Counted from the first letter of the stretch, positions 1 through 9,707 are shown. The stretch: 64,000 bases of DNA from Candidatus Babeliales bacterium (GCA_963716425.1 OY970310.1:1606807-1670806); one strand, 5' to 3'. Numbers and translations: made by a program. Notes: generated by a model from the letters alone, not told the origin.

Positions 1-467
1 TTCTTATAAATCATACACATAATGGCAAGATCAAGATCTTGCGTTCTTGGATTAAGTAATGCTAATAGTTCAACAGAAGCATGTGCGCGTTCTGCGCAAT
101 CAAAAGGTATTTCGCATTGATTATTTAATTGAGTTCTCTTTACATTTGCCAGCGCCAATTGATGCATATAGTATCTTTCAGAAAGGAACATAAATGGTGC
201 CATTCTTGTCATAGCTTGCTGATAGGGCTTGGATTGCTCTTCCGGGGATTTACTTTTATCAAAGTGCTTTCTTATTTCCTTATGTGCTTCTTCATCATAT
301 GTAGCTATTTTTATCTGACCTTTTGTAAGCCATGTTGGTTCTACAAGAAGATTAAAGCATCCTGCATAATCGCCTTTTTTTGCAAGCGCATGAAGATCGG
401 TAGCTACGTCCATTGCATGAGTGGTTGCTGCAATCAACATTAAGGCTGCTAATAATTTTAATTTCAT
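1..467 (-). CDS. Exported hypothetical protein, N-terminal part only (ORF runs off the left edge); paralog of 483..1088
   Basis: The minus-strand ATG at 467..465 opens a stop-free frame down to position 1. It is absent from the ORF track because no stop lies in the window. Translation: MKLKLLAALMLIAATTHAMDVATDLHALAKKGDYAGCFNLLVEPTWL... The leader and the LH..A....Y..C...LV...WL block match 483..1088. The + ORF 129..443 is its antisense shadow. Confidence 0.6.
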   Translation of the reverse strand, partial: MKLKLLAALMLIAATTHAMDVATDLHALAKKGDYAGCFNLLVEPTWLTKGQIKIATYDEEAHKEIRKHFDKSKSPEEQSKPYQQAMTRMAPFMFLSERYYMHQLALANVKRTQLNNQCEIPFDCAERAHASVELLALLNPRTQDLDLAIMCMIYK

Positions 468-482
468 AATAAAAACTCGCGA

Positions 483-1088
483 TTATGTGTTTGAACCATC
501 AAAATAGAGTACTTTTTCTTCCGATGTACATTTATATGCAACGCCGTCAATGATAGTTTCAGTACCCGGTTTAAATATAGGAGCATGTGGATTTGCGGTA
601 GGTATTGCAGCAGTCAATGAGCCCTCTGGAGTTCTTAGTTTAGTACTAAGATGTGCTAAAATGGCACGTTCAACAATAATTGTGTTATTTTGGTTAAGTA
701 AACCAAGCAATTTGCCCGGAGCTTGAGCCTCACGTGCGATATCCTGTGGTGTTTGTTTTTGCGCATTAAGAGTTCTTTTCATTCTTTGCGCGGCTTGCAA
801 TTGATATTCTGCAAATTCGTTAAATCTCTTTGCAAATAACAATACTCTTTGTTGTGCAGCAACACGTTCAGTGGGATTTGTATCAATATTTGTCATTGCT
901 GCAAAGGCCTCTTGCGGAAAAAGTGCTTTTTCGAGTAGTTCACCCTCAAGCCATGCGGTGTTCACCAATTGTTGCAAGCACGCATCATAATTGTTTTGGC
1001 GCGCAGCTACATGTAAGGCAGATTCTTGGTCCATTGCTTGAGCAGTTGCACCAGCTATAGAAAAAGCAAAGAGTAAGCGTAATTTCAT
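483..1088 (-). CDS. Exported hypothetical protein (leader plus one ANK-like helix pair)
   Basis: Leader MKLRLLFAFSIAGATAQAM|DQ. LHVAARQNNYDACLQQLV resembles an ANK helix. The central and C-terminal parts (QTPQDIAREAQAPGKLLGLLNQ; KPGTETIIDGVAYK) parallel 1113..2447. Confidence 0.65.
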   Translation of the reverse strand: MKLRLLFAFSIAGATAQAMDQESALHVAARQNNYDACLQQLVNTAWLEGELLEKALFPQEAFAAMTNIDTNPTERVAAQQRVLLFAKRFNEFAEYQLQAAQRMKRTLNAQKQTPQDIAREAQAPGKLLGLLNQNNTIIVERAILAHLSTKLRTPEGSLTAAIPTANPHAPIFKPGTETIIDGVAYKCTSEEKVLYFDGSNT

Positions 1089-1112
1089 ATAAAACCTTTC
1101 TAATTGCTATAA

Positions 1113-2447
1113 TTATTTAACTTTTTCAACTTTAGCAACTACATATCGTTCACCAAAAATGATGACTTCCTCACCGACTTTGCATGGCGGTTGTTGAGAA
1201 TCATCTTTTAATTTGGCTTTTTCTTTTTTGTTCGGAGCTTTTTTAGTCTCTTGCTGTTTTGCTTTGTTTGGATCCCTAGGTTCTTCAGTCATAAACCGTT
1301 GTTCGTAATTTTGATATATTGCGTCTTTAATAGCATCATCATTTTTTGCATCAAGTAGCGTGATGAGTTTTGCTTGCGCTTTTGCTGCAATTGCTATCTC
1401 TTGAGCGGTGCGACCCTTACTATCTTTTGCGGTTCGTTGTTCCTCTGCTAATCTAAATCGTAGCACATAATGGTTTTTCATATTTACCGTAAATGCAGAC
1501 ACTTGTCGTGACGCAGCTCTAACTTCTGCAGATTGATCCTGCAAGCTCTTTTTTTTATTATGCTTAGTCCCTATCGTGCTTAAAGCCTCGTGTGGAAACA
1601 TAGAATCTTCAGTTAATGGCCCAGACCATTGAGTCAGATATGCAAAGCTTGTTTCATAATCGCCAGCTGCTGCTGCGCGATGGAGTGGCGTTTCATCTGC
1701 ATCTTCACTCATACCCAACCTTGGTGGATAGAGTCTCTCACCCAAAAGTCTTTTTACTTCATCTTGCGCATGTGCAGGAATAGTGCGAAAATCTAACTCA
1801 AACATAGTTGGAACATCTTTTATCGCTGCGCGATTGAGTATTGTCTTGAGAATTGCCAAACGCTGAGCATTAGTTGCTGCATCATCATGGTAAGATAATG
1901 CATCGATAGCATCGCGTATGAGCGAAGAAACGTGGGGCAATCCAGTTGCTCCTATATTTAAGAGCGCTTGAAATCTTTCATGTTGCCCTTTGTCAATCGT
2001 ATCACATACTGCGTTTACTGTGTATTCTGTACCAAATGTTTTTTCTACATAATCAAAAAGTGCAGGATGATTATTTTCTAGTGCCGCAATAAGTAATTTT
2101 TCAGGATTCTTAATGTAGGTAGGGTCTATTTTAGTGAGTAAATAGTTTATAACATCAACAGTTTCACTAGGATTAACGCAGTCTTTTTCTAGTCCACTTG
2201 CAGCATAGTGTAATGCGGTGACAGCTTCTTGTTGATAATGCTCATGAGCGCTTATGTCTGTTAAGGGTTTGGGGCTACCGGATTGAGCTTTTCCAGTAAT
2301 TGGATGTGTATGGACTGCCCTATGCATAAGGTGGGTGCCGTTAGACGAGAGCACTGGTACTTGAGCAAATGAGCCATTGCTCGTGTGCATTGCATTAATA
2401 TGCGTGCATGGCAGTAACGTTAAGACTACAAATAAGATCATTATCAT
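1113..2447 (-). CDS. Exported ANK-like protein with a Lys-rich C-terminal region
   Basis: Leader MIMILFVVLTLLPCTHINAM|HT. Degenerate ANK motifs (TALHYAASG, ETPLHRAAAAGDYE, GRTAQEIAIAAKAQAKLITLLDAK). Basic tract KAKQQETKKAPNKKEKAKLK, followed by the KVGEEVIIFGERYVV motif shared with 483..1088. Confidence 0.65.
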   Translation of the reverse strand: MIMILFVVLTLLPCTHINAMHTSNGSFAQVPVLSSNGTHLMHRAVHTHPITGKAQSGSPKPLTDISAHEHYQQEAVTALHYAASGLEKDCVNPSETVDVINYLLTKIDPTYIKNPEKLLIAALENNHPALFDYVEKTFGTEYTVNAVCDTIDKGQHERFQALLNIGATGLPHVSSLIRDAIDALSYHDDAATNAQRLAILKTILNRAAIKDVPTMFELDFRTIPAHAQDEVKRLLGERLYPPRLGMSEDADETPLHRAAAAGDYETSFAYLTQWSGPLTEDSMFPHEALSTIGTKHNKKKSLQDQSAEVRAASRQVSAFTVNMKNHYVLRFRLAEEQRTAKDSKGRTAQEIAIAAKAQAKLITLLDAKNDDAIKDAIYQNYEQRFMTEEPRDPNKAKQQETKKAPNKKEKAKLKDDSQQPPCKVGEEVIIFGERYVVAKVEKVK

Positions 2448-2566
2448 TATTGGTTCCTTATGATGTATATATTATTATTTCTTCTCTATTAATGTACACG
2501 ATTAGCCAATGTGGATTCTAAAAATATATACTTTTGCTTACACATTGGCAAACGGGAAAAGTATTT

Positions 2567-4117
2567 TTATAGCACCGATTCCGGTTCTTTTTTTTCCTCT
2601 GCTATGGTGATTCCTATAGAGGCATACAGTTCTTGTAAGATTGTTACTCTATGTTGTTCGATTTTCTCTGGGTCAAGAAGTGCTTTTATTTCAGGTGTTT
2701 CTGCACTATCGACCAAAGATTGTTTTTTAGCCAATCCATGATCATAACGAGGTCTCAGCACACATTTTTTTCTAGCTAGACTATTGATTGTTTCTAGTTG
2801 CGCTTCTGTTGCATTAAATATGACATAGGGAGCGATGCAGCTTCTGAGCACATCTTTTGGTAAGATCATATTCAAACGTTTATATGCCAACCAAACAAGT
2901 TTTAAGGCTGGTTTAATGCTAGGGCACGTAGTAAGGAGTGCGCGAGTCAATGGAAATGATTTTTTGTATATGGCCGCAAGATACAATGCATTTTTGTCTT
3001 GTTCATGAGCACAAAATGGGCTTGCGCCTTTGCGCAGTAATATTCTGCATGTTTCTAGAGAAGTGGGTTCACTCTCTTCGGCTATTAATACCGCTAGGCT
3101 AAAGGCTGTTTGGTGTTTATTATCTTGAATAGATAGTAACGATCGCACTAATTCAAGTTGCTCATGAGCATATGCTTGTGTATTCTTGAATGTACCATGT
3201 AAGACGCGAGGTAAAATAAGTGTTACGAGCATATCTTTGGGTATTTTGCCAAGAGGTGAATCTTTCCTAAATCTTTGAATTGCAAGGAGAGTTAATCCTC
3301 TCTGTAATTCTGGATACCTTTGATATCTTGATAGCATGATAGGTAAAGTTATTGCCGCTTCTCTATTTGGTTCCTGTTGTCCGTGTATAGGCCGCATAAG
3401 ATTAGATTCATCATAATAACGATAGGTTGAACATAGATCTGCAGTATATTGTGCAAGTCTATGCATAATAGTTTTACCAAGAGTATCCTGCGTTTCAAGC
3501 CGAGCACCAAAACCGAATGCTAGGTATAAACGTTCATCAATAGAGTTGTGATCAGTACGCAGAACTATTTTATCAAGAATAGTTTTTCCATGCAATTTGT
3601 TTTTATAAGGAACATCCAATTCTACTTGAGCTCCGCGTTGTCTTAATAACGTTAAGACCTTTTTGAGGTCCGGTATTTTTTTTATATTACCAAAAAGTAT
3701 GGCTTCTTGTGCTGGCGTTCTTGAAGCGCCGTTGAGTGCATCAACAGGGAGCGCCTTTACATCGAGGAGAAATTGGCAGAATGCGATATAGCCAGCTGAT
3801 GCTGCCTTATGTAAAAGATCTACCCTATCCTTATCACGTATCCAGAGCAGTTTACTTTCAGCTAACAACACAACAGAAGTATCAACGTCATGACCAGTTA
3901 TAATATCTTTAACCTTTTTTGAGCTTTTTTTAGTTCGAGTGTTTTCTAATGCTGGTTTGTAGAAAGCACTGGAAGTTCCTTTTAAATAAGCATCTTTGAG
4001 TTTCTCTGCATCTTCTTGACATTTTTCAATCAAAGTTCCCTTTGCAAGATCCATGGCATGGAACAGGTGCGTATTCAAGAAAAGCATAATAAGGCATAGT
4101 TTATATGTTAGTTTCAT
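2567..4117 (-). CDS. Exported ANK-repeat protein with C-terminal F-box-like module (full-length member of the 2567..5959 array)
   Basis: The likely start is the internal MKLTYKLCLIMLFLNTHLFHAM|DL; the ORF track extends 16 codons further, to 4165. ANK motifs: DLLHKAASAGYIAFCQFLL, RTPAQEAILFGN, NALYLAAIYK. F-box-like ILPKDVLRSCIAPYVIF. Tail LLDPEKIEQ...ELYASIGITIAEE. Confidence 0.75.
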   Translation of the reverse strand: MKLTYKLCLIMLFLNTHLFHAMDLAKGTLIEKCQEDAEKLKDAYLKGTSSAFYKPALENTRTKKSSKKVKDIITGHDVDTSVVLLAESKLLWIRDKDRVDLLHKAASAGYIAFCQFLLDVKALPVDALNGASRTPAQEAILFGNIKKIPDLKKVLTLLRQRGAQVELDVPYKNKLHGKTILDKIVLRTDHNSIDERLYLAFGFGARLETQDTLGKTIMHRLAQYTADLCSTYRYYDESNLMRPIHGQQEPNREAAITLPIMLSRYQRYPELQRGLTLLAIQRFRKDSPLGKIPKDMLVTLILPRVLHGTFKNTQAYAHEQLELVRSLLSIQDNKHQTAFSLAVLIAEESEPTSLETCRILLRKGASPFCAHEQDKNALYLAAIYKKSFPLTRALLTTCPSIKPALKLVWLAYKRLNMILPKDVLRSCIAPYVIFNATEAQLETINSLARKKCVLRPRYDHGLAKKQSLVDSAETPEIKALLDPEKIEQHRVTILQELYASIGITIAEEKKEPESVL

Positions 4118-4206
4118 CGTTTTTTTCTTCTCTTTAGATTTTTGGATTGTTTGCAGTTTGCGCATTGGCCAATGATTCTTCCTCAGTCATTTTTTGACCA
4201 TTCCAC

Positions 4207-5262
4207 TTAATAACGTAGATTAAATAGCAATGATCGCAATAGTTCAAGTTGTTGAAAATGTCCTTGAGTATTCTTGTATTTGCCATGCAAGATGTGAGGT
4301 AATATAAATGATATGAGGACATCTCTGGGTACCTTGCCAAGTAGTGAATTCTTTCTAAATCTTTGAAGTGCAAGGAGGATAACTCCTCTCTGCGATTCTA
4401 GATACTTTTGATATTCTATTACCATGGTATGTAGAATATCTGCCACTTGTGTATTTTTTTGAATATTATCATGATAGTCTTCATATTTGTTTGAACACTG
4501 TTCTGTAGTATGCTCTACAAGTCTATGCATTATAGTTTTACCAAGATCATCTTGCGTTTCAAGCTGAGCACCAAAAATGAATGCTATGCGTAAACGTTCA
4601 TTCATAGAATCGTGATCAGTGTGCAACACTATGCTATCAAGAACAGCTAGGCACATTTGCGCTCCATGTTGTCTTAACAATGTTAAGACCTTTCTGAGGT
4701 TTTGTATTTTTTTTATATGACCAAAAAGTATGGTTTCTTGAGCTGGCGTTCTTAAAGCGCTGTTGAGTGCATCAACCTGTGCGCCATAGTGCATCAAAAG
4801 CTTGCAGGTTTCAACATGTCCTTCAACTGCAGAGAGATGTAAAGGTGTGGAACATTGCTTATCTAATGCATCAACAGGGAATGCTTTTATTTCAAGTAAT
4901 AATTGGCAAAATGGTGTATAGCCGATTGATGCTGCCTTATGTAAAAGATGTGCCCTATCCTTCTTGCTTATCCAGAGCAGTTGACATTCAGCTAGTAACA
5001 CAATGCTAGTATCAATGTCATGATCAGCAAGGATATTCCTTACCTTTCTGGAGCTGTTTTTCTTCCAGCTGTTTTCTCGTGCGAGTTGGTAAAATGGGCT
5101 TGATTTTCCGTTTATATAGGCATCCTTGAGTTTTGCTGCATCTTCTTGATGCTTTTCGCCCAATTTTTCAAGTAAAGTTCCTTTTGAAAGCTCCATGGCA
5201 TGGAACAGGTGCATATTCAAAAGGAGTGTAACGAGGCACAGTTTATACGTTGGGTTTAGCAT
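4207..5262 (-). CDS. Exported ANK-repeat protein, C-terminally truncated paralog of 2567..4117
   Basis: Collinear with residues 1-~330 of 2567..4117 (MLNPTYKLCLVTLLLNMHLFHAM|EL ... ILPHILHGKYKNTQ). It stops just before the position where the paralog continues into the F-box-like module. Confidence 0.6.
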   Translation of the reverse strand: MLNPTYKLCLVTLLLNMHLFHAMELSKGTLLEKLGEKHQEDAAKLKDAYINGKSSPFYQLARENSWKKNSSRKVRNILADHDIDTSIVLLAECQLLWISKKDRAHLLHKAASIGYTPFCQLLLEIKAFPVDALDKQCSTPLHLSAVEGHVETCKLLMHYGAQVDALNSALRTPAQETILFGHIKKIQNLRKVLTLLRQHGAQMCLAVLDSIVLHTDHDSMNERLRIAFIFGAQLETQDDLGKTIMHRLVEHTTEQCSNKYEDYHDNIQKNTQVADILHTMVIEYQKYLESQRGVILLALQRFRKNSLLGKVPRDVLISFILPHILHGKYKNTQGHFQQLELLRSLLFNLRY

Positions 5263-5959
5263 TGTTCTTTTCTGCTATGGTAATGCCTATTGAAGCATAT
5301 AGTTCTTGTATGATTAATGGTCGTAGTTGTTCTATGTTCTTAGGATCAAGTAACTCTTGTAATTCTTTAGTTTTTACAAGGTCGCAAAGTCTTTTTTCTG
5401 TTTGCACAAGCACGTTTCTAGCTGCCATTGGATTTGGCCGATAGATTTTACTTTCTAGAATTTCTGTGAGTAGTGTCTTTACAACAGCAAGCTTGGTTTC
5501 TGTCTCATTAAAAATGATATATGGCACAATGCATTCGAGAAAAACATCTTTTGGAATCGTAATTTTCCATCGGCGACAAGACAATAAGAGTGTCTTTAAT
5601 TCCGGTTTAATGCTTGGGCAGGTCGTAAGCAGAATTCTTGTTAAAGGTGCAGATGCTTTGTTTACCGCTGCAAGATACAAGGGCGTTTGATCTTGCGTAT
5701 TTTTAAAAGCAATACTTGCCCCTTGTCTAATGAGTGATTTACATGTTTCTAAAGATGCGGGATCCGTTTTTTCAGCCAATATTATTGTTAAATGTAAACG
5801 TGTTTGCCCACAATTATTGGTAGCATCAATGTGAGGATCTGTAGGTAGTATCTGCGCAAGCGTCTCAAGTAAGTTGTTCTCACCAGTTGATATTAGTTTC
5901 ATTGCGTATAATGAGCTTTGTAAAAGACAACTCATAAGAATGAAATATATTTTGTGCAT
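5243..5959 (-). CDS. Exported protein equal to the C-terminal (F-box-like) half of the 2567..4117 family, with its own leader
   Basis: Leader MHKIYFILMSCLLQSSLYAM|KL. Then DPASLETCKSLIRQGAS...PLYLAAVNKASAPLTRILLTTCPSIKPELK...TIPKDVFLECIVPYIIF...LLDPKNIEQ...ELYASIGITIAEK, collinear with the last ~200 aa of 2567..4117. Overlaps the next gene by 20 nt. Confidence 0.65.
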   Translation of the reverse strand: MHKIYFILMSCLLQSSLYAMKLISTGENNLLETLAQILPTDPHIDATNNCGQTRLHLTIILAEKTDPASLETCKSLIRQGASIAFKNTQDQTPLYLAAVNKASAPLTRILLTTCPSIKPELKTLLLSCRRWKITIPKDVFLECIVPYIIFNETETKLAVVKTLLTEILESKIYRPNPMAARNVLVQTEKRLCDLVKTKELQELLDPKNIEQLRPLIIQELYASIGITIAEKNNAKPNV

Positions 5960-5965
5960 AGAGGT

Positions 5966-7384
5966 TTATATCCTAAAAAAGTGAGTAAATATATTGAACA
6001 ATGCGGTGCCACAGAAATAACTTGCTGCAAGATGGAGTATATAGCTGAATATCAAAGTAGTTGCCAGCAAAAAGCAAATCTTTTTGAGCGGATATCTAAT
6101 ATGGTATTTGCGATATACTGCATATCCCATGATTCCCATAGATAGCAACCGAACGCCATACAAGGCTATAATAAAAGTGATCAGATGTATATATCCGTAT
6201 GCCATTGCGCCAAAAATAATAGAAATATTTACGATGTAAAAAAGATAGGCGTAAGCAAGGTCGCTGTAATCTGCATGAACTTCAAGCATTCGTTCATAAG
6301 GTATGAACAGTAATTCCAGGAGCAATCCAATTGAAGTAATAAAAAAGAGATTAAAACCATAAGAAGACGTGCCGCAGCAAGAAACTTGGCATTGCATAAA
6401 CCACACAACACCAATTAAAGGAATTGCAAAGTAAGCAAATTTGGTTGCAAGCTTGGTGAACGCATTTTGAAATACGTGGCTCTCTGCATGGGCATTATGA
6501 GCATGCTTTAGGTAGGCAAATAGTGAAGTATCTGTTGTGCCAATAGTTCTGAAAATTAACCGCTGAAAAAGTAACGCACCATCTTGTGCGACTTTAAATA
6601 TATTACCTAAGGCGGGTCCTAAAAAATAGGTGACAAATGGTACGGTGATATTCCGCTCGGTAAGACTTTTAAGTATCGCAGCACCCCACATAAGCCCGGC
6701 GTGCTTAATAAATTGCAGGAGAAAGTCGTGCGATAGAGGTTCAAGTGCTTTGTTGGTATCAGGTAATCGTTTGTTTAAAAGTGCTGCGCTAAGGATTGCA
6801 CACATCAAGCTTGCAATTCCTTTGCCAAGCACTATATAAAAGACCATGCTCAGTGAGGGTGTAAAAATAAATGCTGCACCAATCACCAACACCATATACA
6901 CAAACTGAATTGTTGCCAGTAGTTTATTATATGTCTTTTGCCAGAGATATGCATGAAATATAGTTTGGAAGAGCATTTCAAAGCCGTGGCCAAAAAAGAG
7001 TAGTGCACTTGCAAAAAGAAGAGCATTATTCATGGGCAGATTAACTTGGTAAGCATAACGTGTGACAAGCCACAATGCAAAAGGACAGGCTATGGTTATT
7101 ATAACGGTATACGCGCTTACAAGTAAGAAAGTGTATTGTTTGCGATTGCCTTCTATAATAAGCGGGAAAAAAGTGGGTATGGTTTTTCGCATGCCCATAT
7201 CTGCCCAAACGAGTATGAGATATATCAAGCTATTAATACCTGTCCATACAGCAAAATCGATAGTGCTTAATTGTTTGAATAATACAAACGTGAGTAGTGT
7301 GCTTGTGAGTTTAAAAACAGCATAAGAGAAGGCATTCCAGCTTATGGCGGTATTAATGCGGCTATATAATTCATCAATATGCAT
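5966..7384 (-). CDS. Polytopic membrane protein, MOP/Wzx-like flippase family (tentative)
   Basis: 472 aa, about 12-14 hydrophobic spans. The N-terminus (NTAISWNAFSYAVFKLTSTLLTFVLFKQLSTIDFAVWTGINSLIYLILVWADMGMRKTI) resembles polysaccharide/lipid-II flippase starts. Not verified by search. Confidence 0.45.
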   Translation of the reverse strand: MHIDELYSRINTAISWNAFSYAVFKLTSTLLTFVLFKQLSTIDFAVWTGINSLIYLILVWADMGMRKTIPTFFPLIIEGNRKQYTFLLVSAYTVIITIACPFALWLVTRYAYQVNLPMNNALLFASALLFFGHGFEMLFQTIFHAYLWQKTYNKLLATIQFVYMVLVIGAAFIFTPSLSMVFYIVLGKGIASLMCAILSAALLNKRLPDTNKALEPLSHDFLLQFIKHAGLMWGAAILKSLTERNITVPFVTYFLGPALGNIFKVAQDGALLFQRLIFRTIGTTDTSLFAYLKHAHNAHAESHVFQNAFTKLATKFAYFAIPLIGVVWFMQCQVSCCGTSSYGFNLFFITSIGLLLELLFIPYERMLEVHADYSDLAYAYLFYIVNISIIFGAMAYGYIHLITFIIALYGVRLLSMGIMGYAVYRKYHIRYPLKKICFLLATTLIFSYILHLAASYFCGTALFNIFTHFFRI

Positions 7385-7395
7385 GGGAGCCTAGT

Positions 7396-8403
7396 TTATT
7401 TTCTTTTTTTGTCTTGGTCGTAGACTTTTTTTGCCAGAGAGTTACAGATACAGGTTGCAAGGCTTACGCATGCAATATACCCCCACCCGATCCAAAATTC
7501 TAACGTGTCAACGTGCTGTTTTGATAAGGCTTTGTCATCATCATCGGTCATGCATATGTGCTTGGGAATCGTAGGAAATTCATTCAAGATTTCCATTAAA
7601 TGGATTCTTGTTCTTTGGGGAATTTTGCATAAGTTTGCCTCAATTCCAATAGGCCGCGCATGCTCGGGCATCTTTTGGAGTAATCGTTGCACAATGCGCA
7701 GGCGCTGAGATATTGTGTCTCTAGAGTCGCCTGGCTCAAATCCATGTAATGCTGCAAAAATTGGTAAGTTCCTATTATTGTTCAAGCGCGTTGTTGAGGC
7801 ATTATGCATTAATAGCAAGTCTACAATTACACTCTTGCCGGTATACGCTGCCCTGTGGAGCGGAAAGCAACCTGACTTCTCATCAGGTGCAACACCAGCT
7901 TCTAGCAGATTGCTTACTCGTATGGGGTCACCTTGGTCTGTGTCAATGGCTTTAATTAATGCTGATTGCATGTCTGGAGACTTACTTGATAACCGTGTTC
8001 GTATGTAGCGTATAAGTTCAATATGTCCATTATCGATCGCATCTTCGAAAAGGCAATCTATGCGATCCAGATGATCTGGATCAAGCATTTCAAGCAAGAG
8101 TGGAATTATCTTTCCGGTTACCTTTTGGGGTCTTTGGGCAGTTTGGCACAAAGTTGTTGCAATGCATGCTGCATATTCCGCTGGTGAATACGTTCCCTGC
8201 CAGTTTGAATAATATGCCATTACTTGATTTGGGTCGCCATTGGCAAGTGCAACATCAAGGGGGAAACTGGGTGTATATGTTGGGCAAGGTATTACGCCAT
8301 GCTGCACGTTGGGCAATGTGTGGCCAGTAGTATGCACTCGTTGCATACATAAAGCAGTGTGGTATGAGCTTACGAGTAAGAAAGTTAATAATGTATTCTG
8401 CAT
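7396..8403 (-). CDS. Leader-bearing ANK protein with C-terminal TM anchor and basic tail (family member 1 of 3)
   Basis: Leader MQNTLLTFLLVSSYHTALCM|QR. YYSNWQGTYSPAEY, DRIDCLFEDAIDNGHIELIRYI, FPLHRAAYTGKSVIVDLLLMHNAS. CMTDDDD, then the TM FWIGWGYIACVSLATCICNSL, then KKVYDQDKKRK. Confidence 0.75.
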   Translation of the reverse strand: MQNTLLTFLLVSSYHTALCMQRVHTTGHTLPNVQHGVIPCPTYTPSFPLDVALANGDPNQVMAYYSNWQGTYSPAEYAACIATTLCQTAQRPQKVTGKIIPLLLEMLDPDHLDRIDCLFEDAIDNGHIELIRYIRTRLSSKSPDMQSALIKAIDTDQGDPIRVSNLLEAGVAPDEKSGCFPLHRAAYTGKSVIVDLLLMHNASTTRLNNNRNLPIFAALHGFEPGDSRDTISQRLRIVQRLLQKMPEHARPIGIEANLCKIPQRTRIHLMEILNEFPTIPKHICMTDDDDKALSKQHVDTLEFWIGWGYIACVSLATCICNSLAKKVYDQDKKRK

Positions 8404-8512
8404 ATTTGTTCTTTGAGTGTTATTCTGAGTTGCATTTATTGTACAAGTTTTGTATCATCATCCCCATTACTCACTAAAGGGGTGATGACATACATAGTAA
8501 ATCCTTTTTTTA

Positions 8513-9685
8513 TTACTGATTTTTCTTTTGAAATTCTTTTCGCAATGCATCTCTATGAATGAACAGGTCGATTGCAACTTTTGCTACCCATGAACAACAA
8601 ATAATAGACGCGCCAAGGGCAAAGCAAGATTCTTCCTGCCGTATTATTGGAACCTCATCACTCATACATGGTCTTTGCATGAGTCTGTTGCTTAATAGCC
8701 CTATAACTTTTGACTGCGTCTCTTGGGATACAGGAGCAATTATTTTTTGCACATGTTTCAGTGAAGGAATTGTTTCAATTGGCATTGCATTGAGCACAGT
8801 GCGCAGGATGTACAAACGCCTCCTGAGCGCTGATGTATCACCTGCATCTTTGGGGTTTGTAAAGCCCATGAGTGCTATATCAAGTGGCGATTCACCCATA
8901 CAAGTTGTTAAGGAGACGGATGCGCCATGTTCAAGTAGTAAGCGCACGGCATTTGCATTAGCGCGAAAGATTGCAGTGTGTAATGGATACTGAACGCCAT
9001 GGGCTATTTCCATTTCTTCATCCGTTTGCCTTATTACCACTTCTTTCTTTCGATCCCCAACGCCCACATCCGGATTAACGCCAGCTTTGAGTAAGGTACT
9101 AAGAGCGGTATCTTGGCGGTGAATGATTGCATCCACAAGTTCCCACGCCATAGGTTCGGGCGCATGCGGATTAAGATAGGTAAGTACTTCCACGTGGCCA
9201 TTGGCAATAGCGTTTTTTCGAACGCAGTCAGGTTGTTCAATCTCACTAAAAGTTACTTTTTCAAGAAGAAAACGAGCAACGGGAGCAGTAGTAGCAGCGG
9301 GGAAACGTGTTATATGATCTAATAATAGAGCCACATCTCTACGATAACAGTCCCAAGGGCTAAAATATTTTTGCCATGAATTAAAATATGATTGAACTAC
9401 CGTAAGATTGCCTTGTTCGGCAGCCACAACTACAGGATCTTTTTGCGGTGATGGTACATTTGTGCAACAGGTAAGATTTCGTGGATCATGAACAACAGTT
9501 GTTTTGCTTGGGTCCAAACCACACACATCAAGTTTATTACTATCGCTTGGTCTTGGAGTTCTTATTATGTAGCCATCTGTTTGTAGAGAGAGTTTTGGCT
9601 GAGTATACGGCTGACCTTTCGGGAGCATCGCATGAGAGCAAGGTATGCAAAGAGTGAGTGCGATCAAAAGTGAGATTTTATACAT
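8513..9685 (-). CDS. Leader-bearing ANK protein with C-terminal TM anchor and basic tail (member 2 of 3)
   Basis: Leader MYKISLLIALTLCIPCSHAM|LP. YFNSWQKYFSPWDC, NAIANGHVEVLTYL, YPLHTAIFRANANAVRLLLEHGAS. CMSDEVP, then the TM CFALGASIICCSWVAKVAIDLFI, then RKEFQKKNQ. Confidence 0.75.
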   Translation of the reverse strand: MYKISLLIALTLCIPCSHAMLPKGQPYTQPKLSLQTDGYIIRTPRPSDSNKLDVCGLDPSKTTVVHDPRNLTCCTNVPSPQKDPVVVAAEQGNLTVVQSYFNSWQKYFSPWDCYRRDVALLLDHITRFPAATTAPVARFLLEKVTFSEIEQPDCVRKNAIANGHVEVLTYLNPHAPEPMAWELVDAIIHRQDTALSTLLKAGVNPDVGVGDRKKEVVIRQTDEEMEIAHGVQYPLHTAIFRANANAVRLLLEHGASVSLTTCMGESPLDIALMGFTNPKDAGDTSALRRRLYILRTVLNAMPIETIPSLKHVQKIIAPVSQETQSKVIGLLSNRLMQRPCMSDEVPIIRQEESCFALGASIICCSWVAKVAIDLFIHRDALRKEFQKKNQ

Positions 9686-9707
9686 AGTAACCCTTTTTTA
9701 GTTATGT

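Noticed and set aside
129-443. 104-aa + strand ORF from the track
   Set aside because: It is antisense to a much better minus-strand reading frame (1..467) that has a typical leader and a paralog next door. The + ORF is Cys/Phe-rich nonsense typical of a shadow frame.
4134-4373. 79-aa minus-strand ORF bridging the end of 4207..5262 and the start of 2567..4165
   Set aside because: It is out of frame with both ANK paralogs and has no leader or homolog. It is a by-product of the deletion junction.
8559-8993. 144-aa + strand ORF
   Set aside because: It is antisense to the ANK protein 8513..9685, which has two paralogs supporting the minus-strand frame.
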